The notes under the pieces were generated by a model. It saw nothing but the letters and a program-made list of their open reading frames with translations. It ran no database searches and was not told the DNA's origin. Shown here piece by piece: positions 37,813 through 51,050 of a DNA stretch of 64,000 nt; the stretch's first letter is position 1; each line of letters opens with the position of its first letter. Source of the DNA: Octopus sinensis (taxonomy: Eukaryota); NCBI RefSeq assembly GCF_006345805.1, contig NC_042997.1, positions 33,728,001-33,792,000 of the forward strand. Reading direction: 5' to 3'. Made by a program: the position numbers and the translations under genes.

Positions 37813-39126
37813 ACATCTGTACTCTTAACATAATTTTAAGGGAGTATCAGCATGACACGGAGTCTGACAAGGCTGCACTTCATTCATAACGGGTAATGTC
37901 CATCCAGTGGGCTTCTATAAAGTTTCTGTCTATGATATGATTTCACCCATAAAATATGGGTTGATCCAACTCTAAAAGAGAAAAAGACATTTTCCTAAAA
38001 TGCCAGGCAATGGAATTGAACCTAAGATCTTGAGGCCGTGAAGCAAACTTCTTAATCATTCGACCATTCTAAACCTACATATATTAACACTTACACCATC
38101 ACACACACACACACAAGCACAGAGTCATTGTCATTATCATCATTGCCACCATGGATTGAATTTGGGAGTAGCGTCAGGTAAAATGTCAACACTCCTTTTG
38201 GCACTGTGTAATCTTGTCTGTCGGAAGTGAAGCTGAACATTCTAAGATCTGACTTCCCTACTTCAAATAATATTTTCTTTGTCCAGATCCCTATATATAT
38301 ATATATTATATATATATATAGATATATATATATATCTGTGTCTATATATATCTCTTTGTGTATATATATATGTGTGTTTATGTATGTGAGTATGTATGTG
38401 TGTGTGTGTGTATATATATACATGTATGTATATGGGATATATGAATTTTCTGTTATTCATCTGAATAATAGCTGTGGAAGTTAAAGAAAATGGACTATAG
38501 AAGCAAAGATCAATTTCTCTCGACGCTTTTGAAACGTTTTAGCTAACAATTCCCATTATATTGCTGCTTATTTATTGAACAAGAAGCATTTTGGCATGAA
38601 TTGACCATTTTAAATGCTTTAGCAATAACAGTGGAAAGTGGAAGCGACAACATATGTGCAGTCTATAAAAGTAAAAGAAAAGAAATAGAACAAAAGAAAA
38701 GGGGGAAAAAAAAAAGAAGAAGAAAAATAATTAATAAAAAGAAAAAGAAGTGAAAGTAAAGAAAAATCTTTTGTCATTTTCATGAATTGCCTTTATACAG
38801 CACTAGAAGATAGCTGAGAGTGAAGTCCATCTTCAACAGTGATTATTGATAGTATAGCATTTACTGTCAAAAGCCATAAGTTATATATAAATCATTGGAG
38901 GTTGCAAGGGTGGAATTAGGAGGAGATTTGAAATAGTCAATGGAAGAAGTAATTATAAAGAAAATTTAGTGGATCTCCTCCACCATTCTGACTGACTCTG
39001 TGTCACACAGAAAAACAAATAAAATATAAGAAATAAATGAGCCACAACAAAGGAAGATAAACAAAATCCAAAATGAAAAGAATGAACAAAAGACTATATA
39101 TATATGTATGTATATATATACATACA

Positions 39127-39517
39127 GGTGCTGGAGTGGCTGTGTGGTAAGTAGCTTGCAAACCAACCACATGGTTCCGGGTTCAGTACCACTGCGCGGC
39201 ACCTTGGGCAAGTGTCTTCTGCTATAGCCTCGGGTCGACCAAAGCCTTGTGAGTGGATTTGGTAGACGGAAACTGAAAGAAGCCTGTCGTATATATGTAT
39301 ATATATATGTGTTTGTGTGTCTGTGTTTTTCCCCCTAGCATTGCTTGACAACCGATGCTGGTGTGTTTATGTCCCCGTCACTTAGCGGTTCGGCAAAAGA
39401 GATCGATAGAATAAGTACTGGGCTTACAAAGAATAAGTCCCAGAGTCGATTTGCTCGACTAAAGGCGGTGCTCCAGCATGGCCGCAGTCAAATGACTGAA
39501 ACAAGTATAAAAGAGAG
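39127..39517 (+). mobile_element. SINE-A
   Basis: Full-length match. Confidence 0.9.
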
Positions 39518-39728
39518 TATACACACACACACATAAGGTGCATATATAGCTGTCTGGTTAAGAAGTTTGCTTCAGAACCATTTAGTTTGAGGTTTGGCCT
39601 CATTGTGTGGGAACTGTCAGCTGGTGTCCTTTGGTTACGGTCACAAGTTGTTCAATGCCTTGTGATTGAAATTAGGAGACAGAAACTGGAAAAGATGTGT
39701 GTGTGTACACACGCACACACACACACAT

Positions 39729-39764
<36 letters not shown>

Positions 39765-39853
39765 ACACACACATACACACACACAGATATCGAACAATGA
39801 AAATGAGTGCCCCACATCACATTGGCGGATAACAATTCTTATTTGTCAATTAA

Positions 39854-40075
39854 CCCTTTCGTTACCAACCCGGCTGAAACTGGCTCTGGCTCTGATTATA
39901 AATATGTCTTGTTTTCATAAGTTTTGAATTAAAATCTTCCACCAAACCTTAGTCACAATTTATGTTCCTAACACTAGCTGAATGATAACTAAGTTACTTT
40001 ACTAAATTCTTTGTTATATTTAAATTAATTGAAAGGAACACAGAGCATCTCAAAATAAATACAGTAACAAAAGGG
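39854..40075. mobile_element. Intact piggyBac-type MITE (family P2)
   Basis: TTAA both sides; TIR CCCTTTCGTTAC / GTAACAAAAGGG. Confidence 0.9.
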
Positions 40076-40517
40076 TTAAAGCCACCACTGGTTTCCTGTT
40101 AAGGAAGCCCTTAACAATTATCAAGCCTGTCACATGGGAAATCAGTGTTCATCTCCATTTTGGATTAAAGCATGTCTGTCTGTCTGTCTATCAAACCAGC
40201 CAACCAACCAAATTGAAGGAGTGGAACAGGTAAAATCCAAGCTACATATGTTTCTTAGCTAGCTGACCTTCAGATGTAATAATTACTCAGTGAGGGTACT
40301 CAACTTAGCTATTCATCAGGCCGGAATACTTTTCAGCTTATCGAATTTCCTTGTAATTTCAATATGGGAAAAAGTGTGTAACCTTCAATGATACCAATAA
40401 ATTGTTATGGTTTTTGACTGCACACTGTCCTCTTTTTGTTTACTATACCTGCCATGGACTGCTTGAAGCTTACAGACTTCCTACACTTGGATCCCTGTAT
40501 TTTACCTTTATATGTTT

Positions 40518-40518
40518 A

Positions 40519-40586
<68 letters not shown>

Positions 40587-40637
40587 CACCCATCCACCCA
40601 CCCACCCATCCACCCACCCATCCATCCATCCATCCAT
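40518..40637. repeat. (TATC)n/(CACC/CATC)n microsatellite
   Basis: Direct inspection. Confidence 0.95.
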
Positions 40638-40642
40638 CCCTA

Positions 40643-40943
40643 ATGGAGGCAATGACCGAGACCTTTGACATTATGTTGTGCTTGAGAAGAAGACCCATCA
40701 TGCTGAGTAAAATTGCAGTCGTGACAGATACTGGGTCCATGCAAATGGCACCTGTGCTGGTGGCACATAAAAACACCCATTACACTTTTGGAGTGGTTGG
40801 CATTAAGAAGGGCATCCAACCGTAGAAACCATGCCAAATCAGACTGGAGTCTGGTGCAGCCTTCCAGCATGCCAGCTCTGGTCAAACCGTCCAACCTATG
40901 CCAGAATGGACAATGGCTGCTAAATGGTGATGATGATGATGAT
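40643..40943 (+). mobile_element. Older RTE-B 3' end
   Basis: GAGGCAATGAC..GAGAAGA ORF end, UTR and (GAT)n. Confidence 0.7.
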
Positions 40944-40964
40944 ATATACATATATGTCTGTCTT

Positions 40965-41238
40965 GACCAGGATGTTGTACACTGCTGGTCACAGTGCACT
41001 TCCTTGCACAGTTCTAGTTTACAAATGATGTTACCCTGCTGGTTTGGTGGGTAGGCCAACATTCCCCACACAAGGGATGCCAGTCTATCACAGGGTTACC
41101 CATTTACAGCCGAGTGGACTGAAGCAATGTGAAACGAAGTGTTTTGTTCAAGAAAGCAACACACCGCCCAGTCTGGGAATTGACACCGCGATCTTGTGAT
41201 CACGAGTACAACACCCTCATCACTAGACCATGCACTTT
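40965..41238 (-). mobile_element. SINE family G
   Basis: tRNA-like head at right end; homologues at 54385-54632 and 63830-64000. Confidence 0.65.
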
Positions 41239-42260
41239 TATATATATGTGTGTGTGTGTGTGTGTGTATTTACCCTCATCTCTACATGCATTCACCGACT
41301 GTAAACAACAGTCTAACAGTTTATTCAAAGAGTGTCATTTGCGAAAGCACATATGAGATTCTCGACATGGTGTGTGATCTTTGTCAAACATGACTGCTTC
41401 AAGTCATTTGTTTCAATATTCCTAGATAACCATGTCCAAGCTGTTTGTTTTTCAATAGACTAGTTGGGGTGGGGGGTGGGGCTATTACTTTGCTTGGAGA
41501 CTGGATGAGGGCTGGCATTAATAAAAAGCATCCAGCTGTAGAAAACTGCCCCAACACTGTTTCTTTTGGTCCATGCAGTCATGGAAAGTAGATATTAAAA
41601 TGATAATGCTGATAATATACGAGGGTTTTTCATTGCAGTTTCTGTATGCAAATTTCACTCACAAGTCTTTGGTCAGCCTGGGGCTACAGTAAATGACATT
41701 TACCCAAGGTACTGCACAGTGGAACAGAACCTGAAAGAATGTGGTTGGAGAGCAATCTTCTTAACCATACAGCCATTCCTGATTGGGCAACCACATAGCA
41801 GCCTACACAATCATTAGGTGAAGTGTGGTACCAACAGCCCTTTTTATGATTTTCCTATACTTGGCATTCAGTGCAGGTTATAGAGTCCCGTAGGGTACCA
41901 GGATTCCGTGTGAAATATTGCTGGTTTGTGTTCTGTCAAAGTATTGTTAAAGTAACATGGTAGAATTGGTTGAGTGTTGGAGGACAATATTTTGTGTTCT
42001 GAGTTCAAATCCTGCCTGGATGTTTTCTTTTTATACTTTGGAAAATGGAGTAAATATCAGTCTACAAGTAATTGTATTGGTTTATACAAAAGCCTCTGAT
42101 CTTGAAAGTGGTGCTTTAGCATGGCCGCAGTCCAATGGCTGAAACTGATAAATGATTAAAAGAATCCTTTTCATATTCTGTGTTCAAATTGTCTCTAAAT
42201 CAAACTTTGCCTTTCATCATCTCAGCTTTGGCATTTTAATAGTACCAGTTATGCATTGGT

Positions 42261-42596
42261 GAAGGCGCATGGCTCAGTGGTTAGAGCATTGAGCTTACGA
42301 TTGTGAGGTTGTGAGCTTGAATCCTGGACTGGGCTGTGTGTTGTGTTCTTGAGCAAGACACTTTATTTCATGTTGCTCCAGTTCACTCAGCTGTAGAAAT
42401 GAGTTGCGACGTCACATGTTCCAAGCTGTATCGGCCTTTGCCTTTCCCTTGAATAACACTGGTGGCATGGAGAGGGGAGGCCGGTATGCATGGGCGACTG
42501 CTGGTCTTCCATAAACAACCTTGCCCAGACTTGTGCCTGGGAGGGTAACTTTCTAGGTGCCATCTCATGGTCTGTGTCATGACTGAAGGGGGTCTG
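42261..42596 (+). mobile_element. SINE family E
   Basis: GGCGCATGGCTCAGTGGTTAGAGC..GCTTGAATCC tRNA-like head. Confidence 0.75.
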
Positions 42597-43088
42597 AGAG
42601 TTATGCATTGGTATTTATGCTAAATTAACTATTCTCTACCTCCAAAAATCTGTGGCCTCACACTAACATTGCTAGTGGATGAGTGAATCAGCAGAATGAG
42701 AACACTCTTGTGAGAACACTCTTGTGTTTTGAGTGCAAATTCTGCTGCAGTCAGCTTTGTCTCCCATTTTCTTTTGGTGGGGGCTTGATGAGATAAATAC
42801 CTCTCAAGTTTTAATTGTTTGTTCTACTGCACTACCAAAGCAGCCTTGTGCTGTTTATGTTAAAAATTATTGGCAAAAGTGTTACCTCTGGGTAAAATGC
42901 TTAGTGGCATTTTGTCTGTTTTTATGTTCTGAGTTCAAATTCTGCCAAAGTCAACTTGCCTTTCATCCTTATGGTGTCAATAAAAAAGTACCAGTTGAAC
43001 ATGGGGGTTGATGTAATCAATTTACTCCTCCTTCTAAATTGATGACCTTGTGCCAAGATTTGAAACCATTTCTATTATTATTATTATT

Positions 43089-43119
<31 letters not shown>

Positions 43120-43162
43120 ACATCATCATCATCATCATCATTATTATTATTATTATTATTAT

Positions 43163-43690
43163 AGAGCAGTGCATGTCATCAAAGTGACACTAAGGTAAAT
43201 TATACAAAGCCAAAATATTCATCATGACTACCTGTCTGATAAGGGTACACCAGACACATGCATCACAACCATATGTGCACAACATGGTCATCTCGTATCG
43301 AGATAAACAGTGCATGACCTTGCAAGTGGGGCCCCAGTTAGAATTTTCTTCAGGTCGAGTAGCCCATCCTGCTCAAAAGAGCCCTGAATGAGGGTTGTTG
43401 AACGAAATACCCATGTTTCTAGAGGTGAATTATTCAAACCTCAAAGAATTCCTCTCAACACATGGCTATGATGCTCCCCCACTACTTCTGCTCGTGATCA
43501 GAGATGCACATATCGTCAGCCACTAAGGGACTTGCTCGGCTGATTATGGTCAAGCACCTGACAAGCAAATCTGTGGTAACGAGCAGAATATTTGCTGTTG
43601 CCCATCTTTTATACCAAGACAAAACAATGTACATGATAACACTTCCAATCAGTTAAGATCAGAAGCCATGAGAACCACTGCCTTTACTGC
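43163..43690. mobile_element. Unclassified non-coding element inserted in (TAT)n
   Basis: ~530-bp complex sequence flanked on both sides by (TAT)n. Confidence 0.5.
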
Positions 43691-43764
43691 ATTATTATTA
43701 TTATTGTTATTATTATTATTATTATTATAATAAATATTATTATTATTATTATTATTATAATAAA

Positions 43765-43816
<52 letters not shown>

Positions 43817-43922
43817 AATATTATTATTATTATCATTATTATTATTATTATTATAAATATTATTATTATTATTATTATTATTATAAATATTATTATTATT
43901 ATCATCATCATCATCCTCATCA

Positions 43923-43964
<42 letters not shown>

Positions 43965-43980
43965 GTAGTAGTAGTAGTAG

Positions 43981-44490
43981 AATTTATGTGGATAGTGGAC
44001 CTGTAACCTTAGATATCCATTAGCTTTCAATAATCTTGCAAGTGCTGAAAACCCTTCTGATAATCTTTCCTGTTCTTAAGAAACAAACCTTCTGTAGAAT
44101 CTCTACAGGACAATCCATCCTTATCTCCTTCAACCATTTATCTATATCATTACTCGCGGTCCCTAATGCACCAATTATTACAGGAACAACCTTTACAGTT
44201 TTCATACTCCAAATTCTCGCAATTTCAAATTTTAAGGGATTGTATTTTAAAAAAAATATTTTGTCCTCTTTCCTTAGAATCATGGAATCAAACAGACATG
44301 ATAGATCAGTCTGTAAGCAACTTTGTTTTTCTTTGTCTATTATTGTTTATATTTGTTTTTTTTTTTATTTTCTATCTTCTTATCTGTTTCAATTTGGAAA
44401 ATCCCATAAAATCTTGTGTTCTCTGACTCCTGCATTCTTTCGACCTGATGATTATACCAAGTGTTTCCAGCTTCAAATCCCCATTTCTGA
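43981..44490 (-). mobile_element. R4/Dong-clade LINE remnant (RLE endonuclease end)
   Basis: WYNHQVE..ETDK; KYNPLKFEIARIWSMKTVKVVPVIIGALG..LQKVCFLRTGKIIRRV. Confidence 0.8.
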
Positions 44491-44673
44491 TGACAACAAC
44501 AACAGCAACAACAACAACCACTATTATTATTATAATTATTATTATTATTATTATTATTATTTTTTATGTTTTTTCCTTCTTTCTTTAAATTTTCTTCCGT
44601 TTCTCACTGAGTGTTTTCCATACACCTATTATTATCGTTTTCCAACAACTATTATTATTATTATTATTATTAT

Positions 44674-45014
44674 CGTTCAGTAGTTTTATTTTTATAGCGT
44701 GCTTTCACTTCACTACCGAGCGCAGCTCTGTGTGCCTTGGGTATGTGCTGTGATTTGTTGTGATGCTCTGATGGTTATTGTATGGAAAGTGTTCTGCGTA
44801 GGATGTGTGCAGTGCCTAGTAGTGCAATTTTCTGTATGTTATATGTGTTTGTAAGTCCTGGTGTTTTTGTTATGTATTTGTCTGAATATTTTTTTATCAT
44901 GCCTAATGCACCTACTATGATAGGAATTGTTTCTGTTTTCAGGTTCCACATTCTAGTTACCTCTATTTCCAGGTCTTTGTATTTTGAGAGTTTCTCCATT
45001 TCTTTTAGAGACAC
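44674..45014 (-). mobile_element. Second R4/Dong-clade LINE 3' end with UTR
   Basis: EKLSKYKDLEIEVTRMWNLKTETIPIIVGALG..IQKIALLGTAHILRRTL*; 3' end abuts (TAA)n. Confidence 0.85.
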
Positions 45015-45080
45015 GTTGTATTGTTGTGTGGCTTCTATCTACATTTCCTGGTGTATTTTTTCTTTTAAATGTTCTATTTC

Positions 45081-45141
<61 letters not shown>

Positions 45142-45408
45142 TGTATAGCAGAGCCTGTGCAAGCATCAGTAATGTCACTTGATCTACTAGATATATCAGC
45201 TAAATTTCCTTTAATCACACCAGATGTTCTGAAAAAGAAAAATACATAAAAAAAAAAAAATCAAAAGACATGAGGGCTAGGATCTGCAGTAGTGTTGATT
45301 TGCCTTTGAAGAAGCTGTTTTGGTTCTGTCATAGGAATGGATCAATATTAGTTCATCATCATTATTTAGTGTCTGTATTCCATTTCTGTTTTCCAATTTT
45401 CTTAAGTA

Positions 45409-45805
45409 GGCACAGGAGTGGCTGTGTGGTAAGTAGCTTGCTTACCAACCACATGGTTCTGGGTTCAGTCTCACTGCATAGCACCTTGGGCAAATGTCTT
45501 CTACTATAGCCTCGGGCTGACCAAAGCCTTGTGAGTGGATTTGGTAGACGGAAACTGAAAGAAGACCGTCGTATACATGTATATATATGTATGTGTGTGT
45601 TTGTGTGTCCGTCCCCCCAGCATTGCTTGACAACCGATGCTGGTGTGTTTACGTCCCCGTAACTTAGCGGTTCGGCAAAAGAGACCAATAGAATAAGTAC
45701 TAGGCTTACAAAGAATAAGTCCTGGGGTCGATTTGCTTGACTAAAGGTGGTGCTCCAGCATGGCTGCAGTCAAATGACTGAAACAAGTAAAAGGGTAAAA
45801 GAGTA
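45409..45805 (+). mobile_element. SINE-A
   Basis: Full-length match. Confidence 0.9.
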
Positions 45806-46227
45806 ACAGGGTCCAAAATTCCCTTAAAAAGATATTTTTACAGTAGCTGGATTGTGTTTTGATTTGAAGTTTACTAAATCAAGGCTGATGTGTGGTTAAA
45901 TAACAGCAACAATTAGTACTTAATTTTACCGACCAGTTTCTTCTTGAATGATAAAAAGTAAAGTTGAGCCTCACATGATTTGAACTCGTAACAGCAAGGC
46001 AAGTAGTGGGTTTTAGATAACATGAAATATCCAGTTTAATGTTTCTTCAACCTCCACCAGCTATAATGACGACAGTTATAAAGATGAAAGCAGTGATACT
46101 TATGCAGATGGTGATAGTGATGGTAAAAATTATGTAACTTTCATAAGAAAATTGTTCAGAAATGAAAATGTTGAGAAATCTACACAAGAGATGGCTACAG
46201 AATATTGGAGCAAAATATTTTAGCTAA

Positions 46228-46247
46228 ACACACACATATAATATATT

Positions 46248-46281
<34 letters not shown>

Positions 46282-46429
46282 TGTATATGTGAAAAAATAT
46301 ATATACATTGTGTGTGTGTATGTATATATGTGTATATATGTATGTGTGTATATATATGTATATATGTGTATATATGTATGTGTATATATATATATATATA
46401 TATGCATACATACATACATATATATATAT

Positions 46430-46476
<47 letters not shown>

Positions 46477-46499
46477 CATACATACACATATATATATAC

Positions 46500-46582
<83 letters not shown>

Positions 46583-46762
46583 ATGTTGATGGAACAAAAT
46601 TTCAAGAAAACCTGTAATCCATTCAAAAGTTTTTTTTCTGTGTGTGTGTGTGAATGCACATATACATCTGTATGTGTGTAAATGTGCATATACATGTGTG
46701 TGTGTAAATGTGCATATGCATGTGTGTATGTGTGTGTGTATGTGTGTGTGTATTTATATATA
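46228..46762. repeat. Compound (TA)n/(TG)n microsatellite
   Basis: Direct inspection. Confidence 0.95.
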
Positions 46763-47029
46763 GTTTGTAAACAAATGACAAGTTAAAATTGTACTGGAAA
46801 CCTTGTGTTTTTTTTAATATTTTTTTTTCTCCCAGTAGTACATAACATCTATCATTCTATCATGTGACCTTAAAATACAACATTAACAAAAATAGGAGGA
46901 GAAAAAAAAATATGAACCGAAAAAAAATAATAAATTCAGAAAAGCATGCCAAGCAGAACTAAAATAATAAAAAAATCCCCCTCACTCTTAGTAAGTTTCC
47001 TGTTTCATACATAGCAGAAAACATTATTG

Positions 47030-47068
<39 letters not shown>

Positions 47069-48153
47069 ATGTGTATATACAACTGAGTAATAATATGAAA
47101 AAAATAATAAAAAATAAATATGGTAAAGAATATGTAAAAACTAAATACTGATCAAGGGAAACGCATTTATAATGGAAGTATATTGTGAAATACTATTTTT
47201 CTCTACCATATTACAGCCTGTCTTTGAAATGTATGTAATATGTCTGTATGTATGTATCTGTGTTGAAACACACGCATACATGCTGTTGTTGTGGCTGTTG
47301 TTGTTGTTGTTGTTTTTATCTGAAAGAACTAATAAATTGGTTGACCTTTTAATATGTAAGTTTTGATGCAGTATGTCTGGCTTACTGACCATAAGTAAGT
47401 TAAGTATAAATAAAGTTCAAATTCTTTCTTGAACAAATGGTAAACACCCACATGCATACGTGTGTACATACATACATGCATGTATGCGTGCACACATGTA
47501 TGTACATATATGCACAAAATGGTATGTGTTCCAAGCGTTTATGCAAAAACAATGTAACATGTGGGACTTTAAATAGAAAGTAAGATGGTAGAGGAAGAAA
47601 AATAAAGTCCCATTCACCCCAAACGAGGTGGGGGAGAGAAAGGAAAGAGATTGCACTTAGCAACTGCATTGAATAAAATGTATTCTTCAGTAATGAAAAA
47701 AAAAAATGAAGAATGTAAATGAATTAAGAAAAGAAAAAGTGACCAATCTTTGAAGTCTATTAGGAATGTAAATCGGCCGTTGAAATGCATTTATCTTTAG
47801 TCTTGGAAAGTATGGAGCTCTCAGAAAATAATATTCTTTTTCCAACTTCTCTGATTGATTTCAGACAAGCAAAATCCCCTAAGGTTTTTTAAACATATGT
47901 TGAAAATGCCTGAAATTAGGTTTCAGAGTCTCTTATGGTCTTTTTTTTTTTTTGTTACCATTTTAAAGATTCATTGAAAATATCTGAAAGCATGCATCCA
48001 AAAGATAACAAGGTTGTATGTTTGAATCTTCATCGAAACAATCAAATGTAAATTTAAGATTAAGAGAAAAAAAACCCCAACAACAAAAAACCAGTACATT
48101 TGTCCAGTGATTTCCTAAGCATTGCTTAGATTAACAGTAATATACTACTACAT

Positions 48154-48317
48154 AGGTGCAGGCCTGGCTGTGTAAAAAGAAACTTTCTCCCCCAACCACA
48201 TGGTTCTAGGTTCAGTCCCACTGCATGGCACCTTGGGCAAGTGTTTTACACAATAGCCTTGGGCCAACCAAAGACTTATGAGTGGATTTGATTAACAGAA
48301 ACTGAAAGAAGCCCATC

Positions 48318-48369
<52 letters not shown>

Positions 48370-48556
48370 TTGTGTTTGTCTCCCATCACCGCTTGAGAAC
48401 CAGTATTGGTGTGTTTATGTCCCTGTAAATTAGCTCTTCAGCAAAAGAGACCAATAGAATAAGTACTGAAGTTGATTTCTTTGACTAAAACCCTACAAGG
48501 CAGTGCTCCAGCATGGCTGCAGTCAAGTAACTGAAACAAGTAAAAGAATAAAAGAG
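48154..48556 (+). mobile_element. Diverged SINE-A (extra head at ~48620-48760)
   Basis: Homology to SINE-A. Confidence 0.8.
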
Positions 48557-48817
48557 TACTGTCTATTTAATTGGTTGTACCAACTCCTCGGTTTTTATTG
48601 GCAGAAGTTTTAGAGAATTGGTGTAAGTGTGGCTCTGTGGTTAAGAAGTTTGCTTCCCAACTACATGGTTCCAGGTTCAGTTCCACTATTGGCATCTTGG
48701 TCAAGTGTCTTTTACTATAGCCATGTGCTGACCAAAGCCTTGTGAGTGGATTTGGTAGAGGGATGTGTCTGTGCACGTATATGTATATATATTATGTATA
48801 TTAAAGCCATGCCTATT

Positions 48818-48881
<64 letters not shown>

Positions 48882-48884
<3 letters not shown>

Positions 48885-49125
48885 TCATCATCATCATTTA
48901 GCATCTGCTTTCCAAGCTGGTATAGGTTGAATGGTTCAGCCAGAGCTGGCAAGCTGGGAAGCAGCACCAGGATCCAATCTGATTTGGCTTTGTTTCTATG
49001 GCTGGATGCCCTTCCTAATGGCAACCTCTTTACAGTGTGTGCTGGGTGCTTTTAACGTGCCACCAGCATGAGCACAGTATCACGTGGCACTGGCACATGT
49101 GCTTTTTACTTGGCACTGGCACAAG
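48882..49125 (-). mobile_element. Older RTE-B 3' end
   Basis: (CAT)n plus family B sequence. Confidence 0.7.
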
Positions 49126-49129
49126 CCAT

Positions 49130-49555
49130 TATGTATGTATGTATGTATGTATGTATGTATGTATGTATGTATGTATGTATGTATGTATGTACGTATGTAT
49201 GTATGTATGTATGTATGCATGCATGCATGCATGTATGTTTGTATGTATGCATGCATGTATGTATGTATGTATGTATGTATGTATGTATGTATGTATGTAT
49301 GTATGTATGTATGTATGTATGTACGTACGTATGTATGTATGTATGTATGTATGTATGTACGACGTACGTACGTACGTAGTACGTACGTACGTACGTATGT
49401 ATGTATGTATGTACGTACGTACGTACGTACGTAGTACGTACGTACGTAACGTACGTACGTACGTACGTACGTATGTACGTACGTACGTACGTACGTACGT
49501 ACGTACGTATGTATGTATGTATGTATGTATGTATGTATGTATATGTATGTGTGTA
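49130..49555. repeat. (TATG)n microsatellite grading into (TACG)n
   Basis: Direct inspection. Confidence 0.95.
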
Positions 49556-50349
49556 TGGAGTATGTTTGCATCTATATCTTGACGTTATGTGATTGTTTTA
49601 AATGAACGACATTCATTTCTAGTCCTCCGCAATTATATGTCTGGCCATGGGGGAAAAATATTACTTTACTTGGAAACAGGTAAGGGTTGGTGATAGGAAG
49701 AGCATCCAGCCGTGAAAAAAATCTGCCTTGATAAACTCTGTGCAACCTTTGCAAGCATTGCAAAAAAGGACATTAAAATGATGATGATGATGATGATGAT
49801 TGGAGAAAAAATACCTTGCACTATTTAGTTAAGGCCTTTCATATTCTGAGTTCAAATCCTGCAAATATCAATTTTTCCTTTCATCTTTCCAGGGTCATTG
49901 AAATAAAGTATCAGCCACGTACTGAGCTCATGCCTCTCATGTTAAATTTCTGGTCTTGTGTCAGTTTTAGAAACAATAATGGGTGGAGGGATCATTAGTT
50001 CGTCAAATAATATGCTGAGCAGTATTTAGTTGCACTACATTTTGTTCTTAGTTCAGATCCTGCTGAGGTCAACTTTACTTTTATTCTTCTGGGATCAATA
50101 AAATAACTTTTAGTATTGGGGTCATTCTAATCAGCTAAACCCTGTCCTTTAAAATTACTGTTCTTATATCTAAATCAGGAGCAATTATTATTTAACGTTT
50201 GGTATTATGGAGATGTACTTGCATAGCAAGTTACTTGATCTGAGATTATGTGCTGAAACAGAAACAATTGCAGCGTGGGAGATGTTTGTAAGCCATTTAA
50301 GAACACACAAAAAAATGTTAGATTCACTTCAACTTTTAAATTTAATTTG

Positions 50350-50396
50350 TGTCAAAATATTTTCATTGCTTTGAAACTGCAACCTGTTCACTGACA
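50350..50396 (-). ncRNA. Second G3-C8 hammerhead motif (within repeat 50215-50400)
   Basis: TGTCA-GTGAACA-G-GTTGC-AGTTTCAAA-GCAAT-GAAAATATTT-TGACA. Confidence 0.6.
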
Positions 50397-50498
50397 GAAT
50401 TTTGTGTTGCATCTGAGAAAGTAACAGTTAGTTCATGATACATATGTATTTATGTATGTATGTATGTATGTATGTATGTATGTATGTATGTGTATGTC

Positions 50499-51050
50499 AG
50501 GTCACTTTCGAGTGCTACTGGTGACATGTAACCCAGTACAACCTGTTGCATGGTCGGGTCGTCGGCGACTAAACCGGCAACCCCACCAAGCTTGCTTGGT
50601 GAGGAGGGTGTTTATTGGACACTCTGCGGGATGAAAATCAAAACCCGTCAAAGGGTGGAGGAACTCTTGAGAGTCAATGGCCATCCAATAAATGTCTTAA
50701 GGCTGTATCATGCGTGGGGACATAGAAATAATCGGATTGAATACCCGATCGCGTGGTTAAACCATTGGGAGTGAAGGACTCCTAGCCTTTGTTAGGGCAT
50801 CCTTCTAGGAGAAGGTATCTCAGGTAACTGGGATAACTCCGACATAAAACCTGTGGCTCAGCGGTTACCGATGATGTTGACTTGTTCTTCTTTCGGATTA
50901 TGGCTGCTGTTGCTTAGTGAGTGGGATTGACTCAGTGCACAGCCTTTCCTAACATTAAAAAAAAATCTTCTTGCACAGGCATTGCACGATAACAACATTG
51001 ATTAAGCATCGTGCAATGGCCATACTCGATAACGAGGGGGCAGCCACCAT
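50499..51050 (+). mobile_element. Putative non-autonomous retroelement with (ATGT)n tail
   Basis: GC-richer ~550-bp block between (TATG)n tracts; CTAGGAGAAGG resembles RTE 5' UTR motifs (inference). Confidence 0.45.

Larger units (their letters stand above)
43072..45140. repeat. (TAT)n/(CAT)n microsatellite field hosting several retroelements
   Basis: Tracts at 43072-43162, 43691-43980, 44520-44560, 44650-44673, 45081-45140. Confidence 0.9.

Noticed and set aside
38198-38220. miR-96-like seed TTTGGCACT
   Set aside because: No complementary arm forming a precursor hairpin.
50501-50590. HDV-like ribozyme at the element 5' end
   Set aside because: Could not place P1 and P1.1 in the required order.
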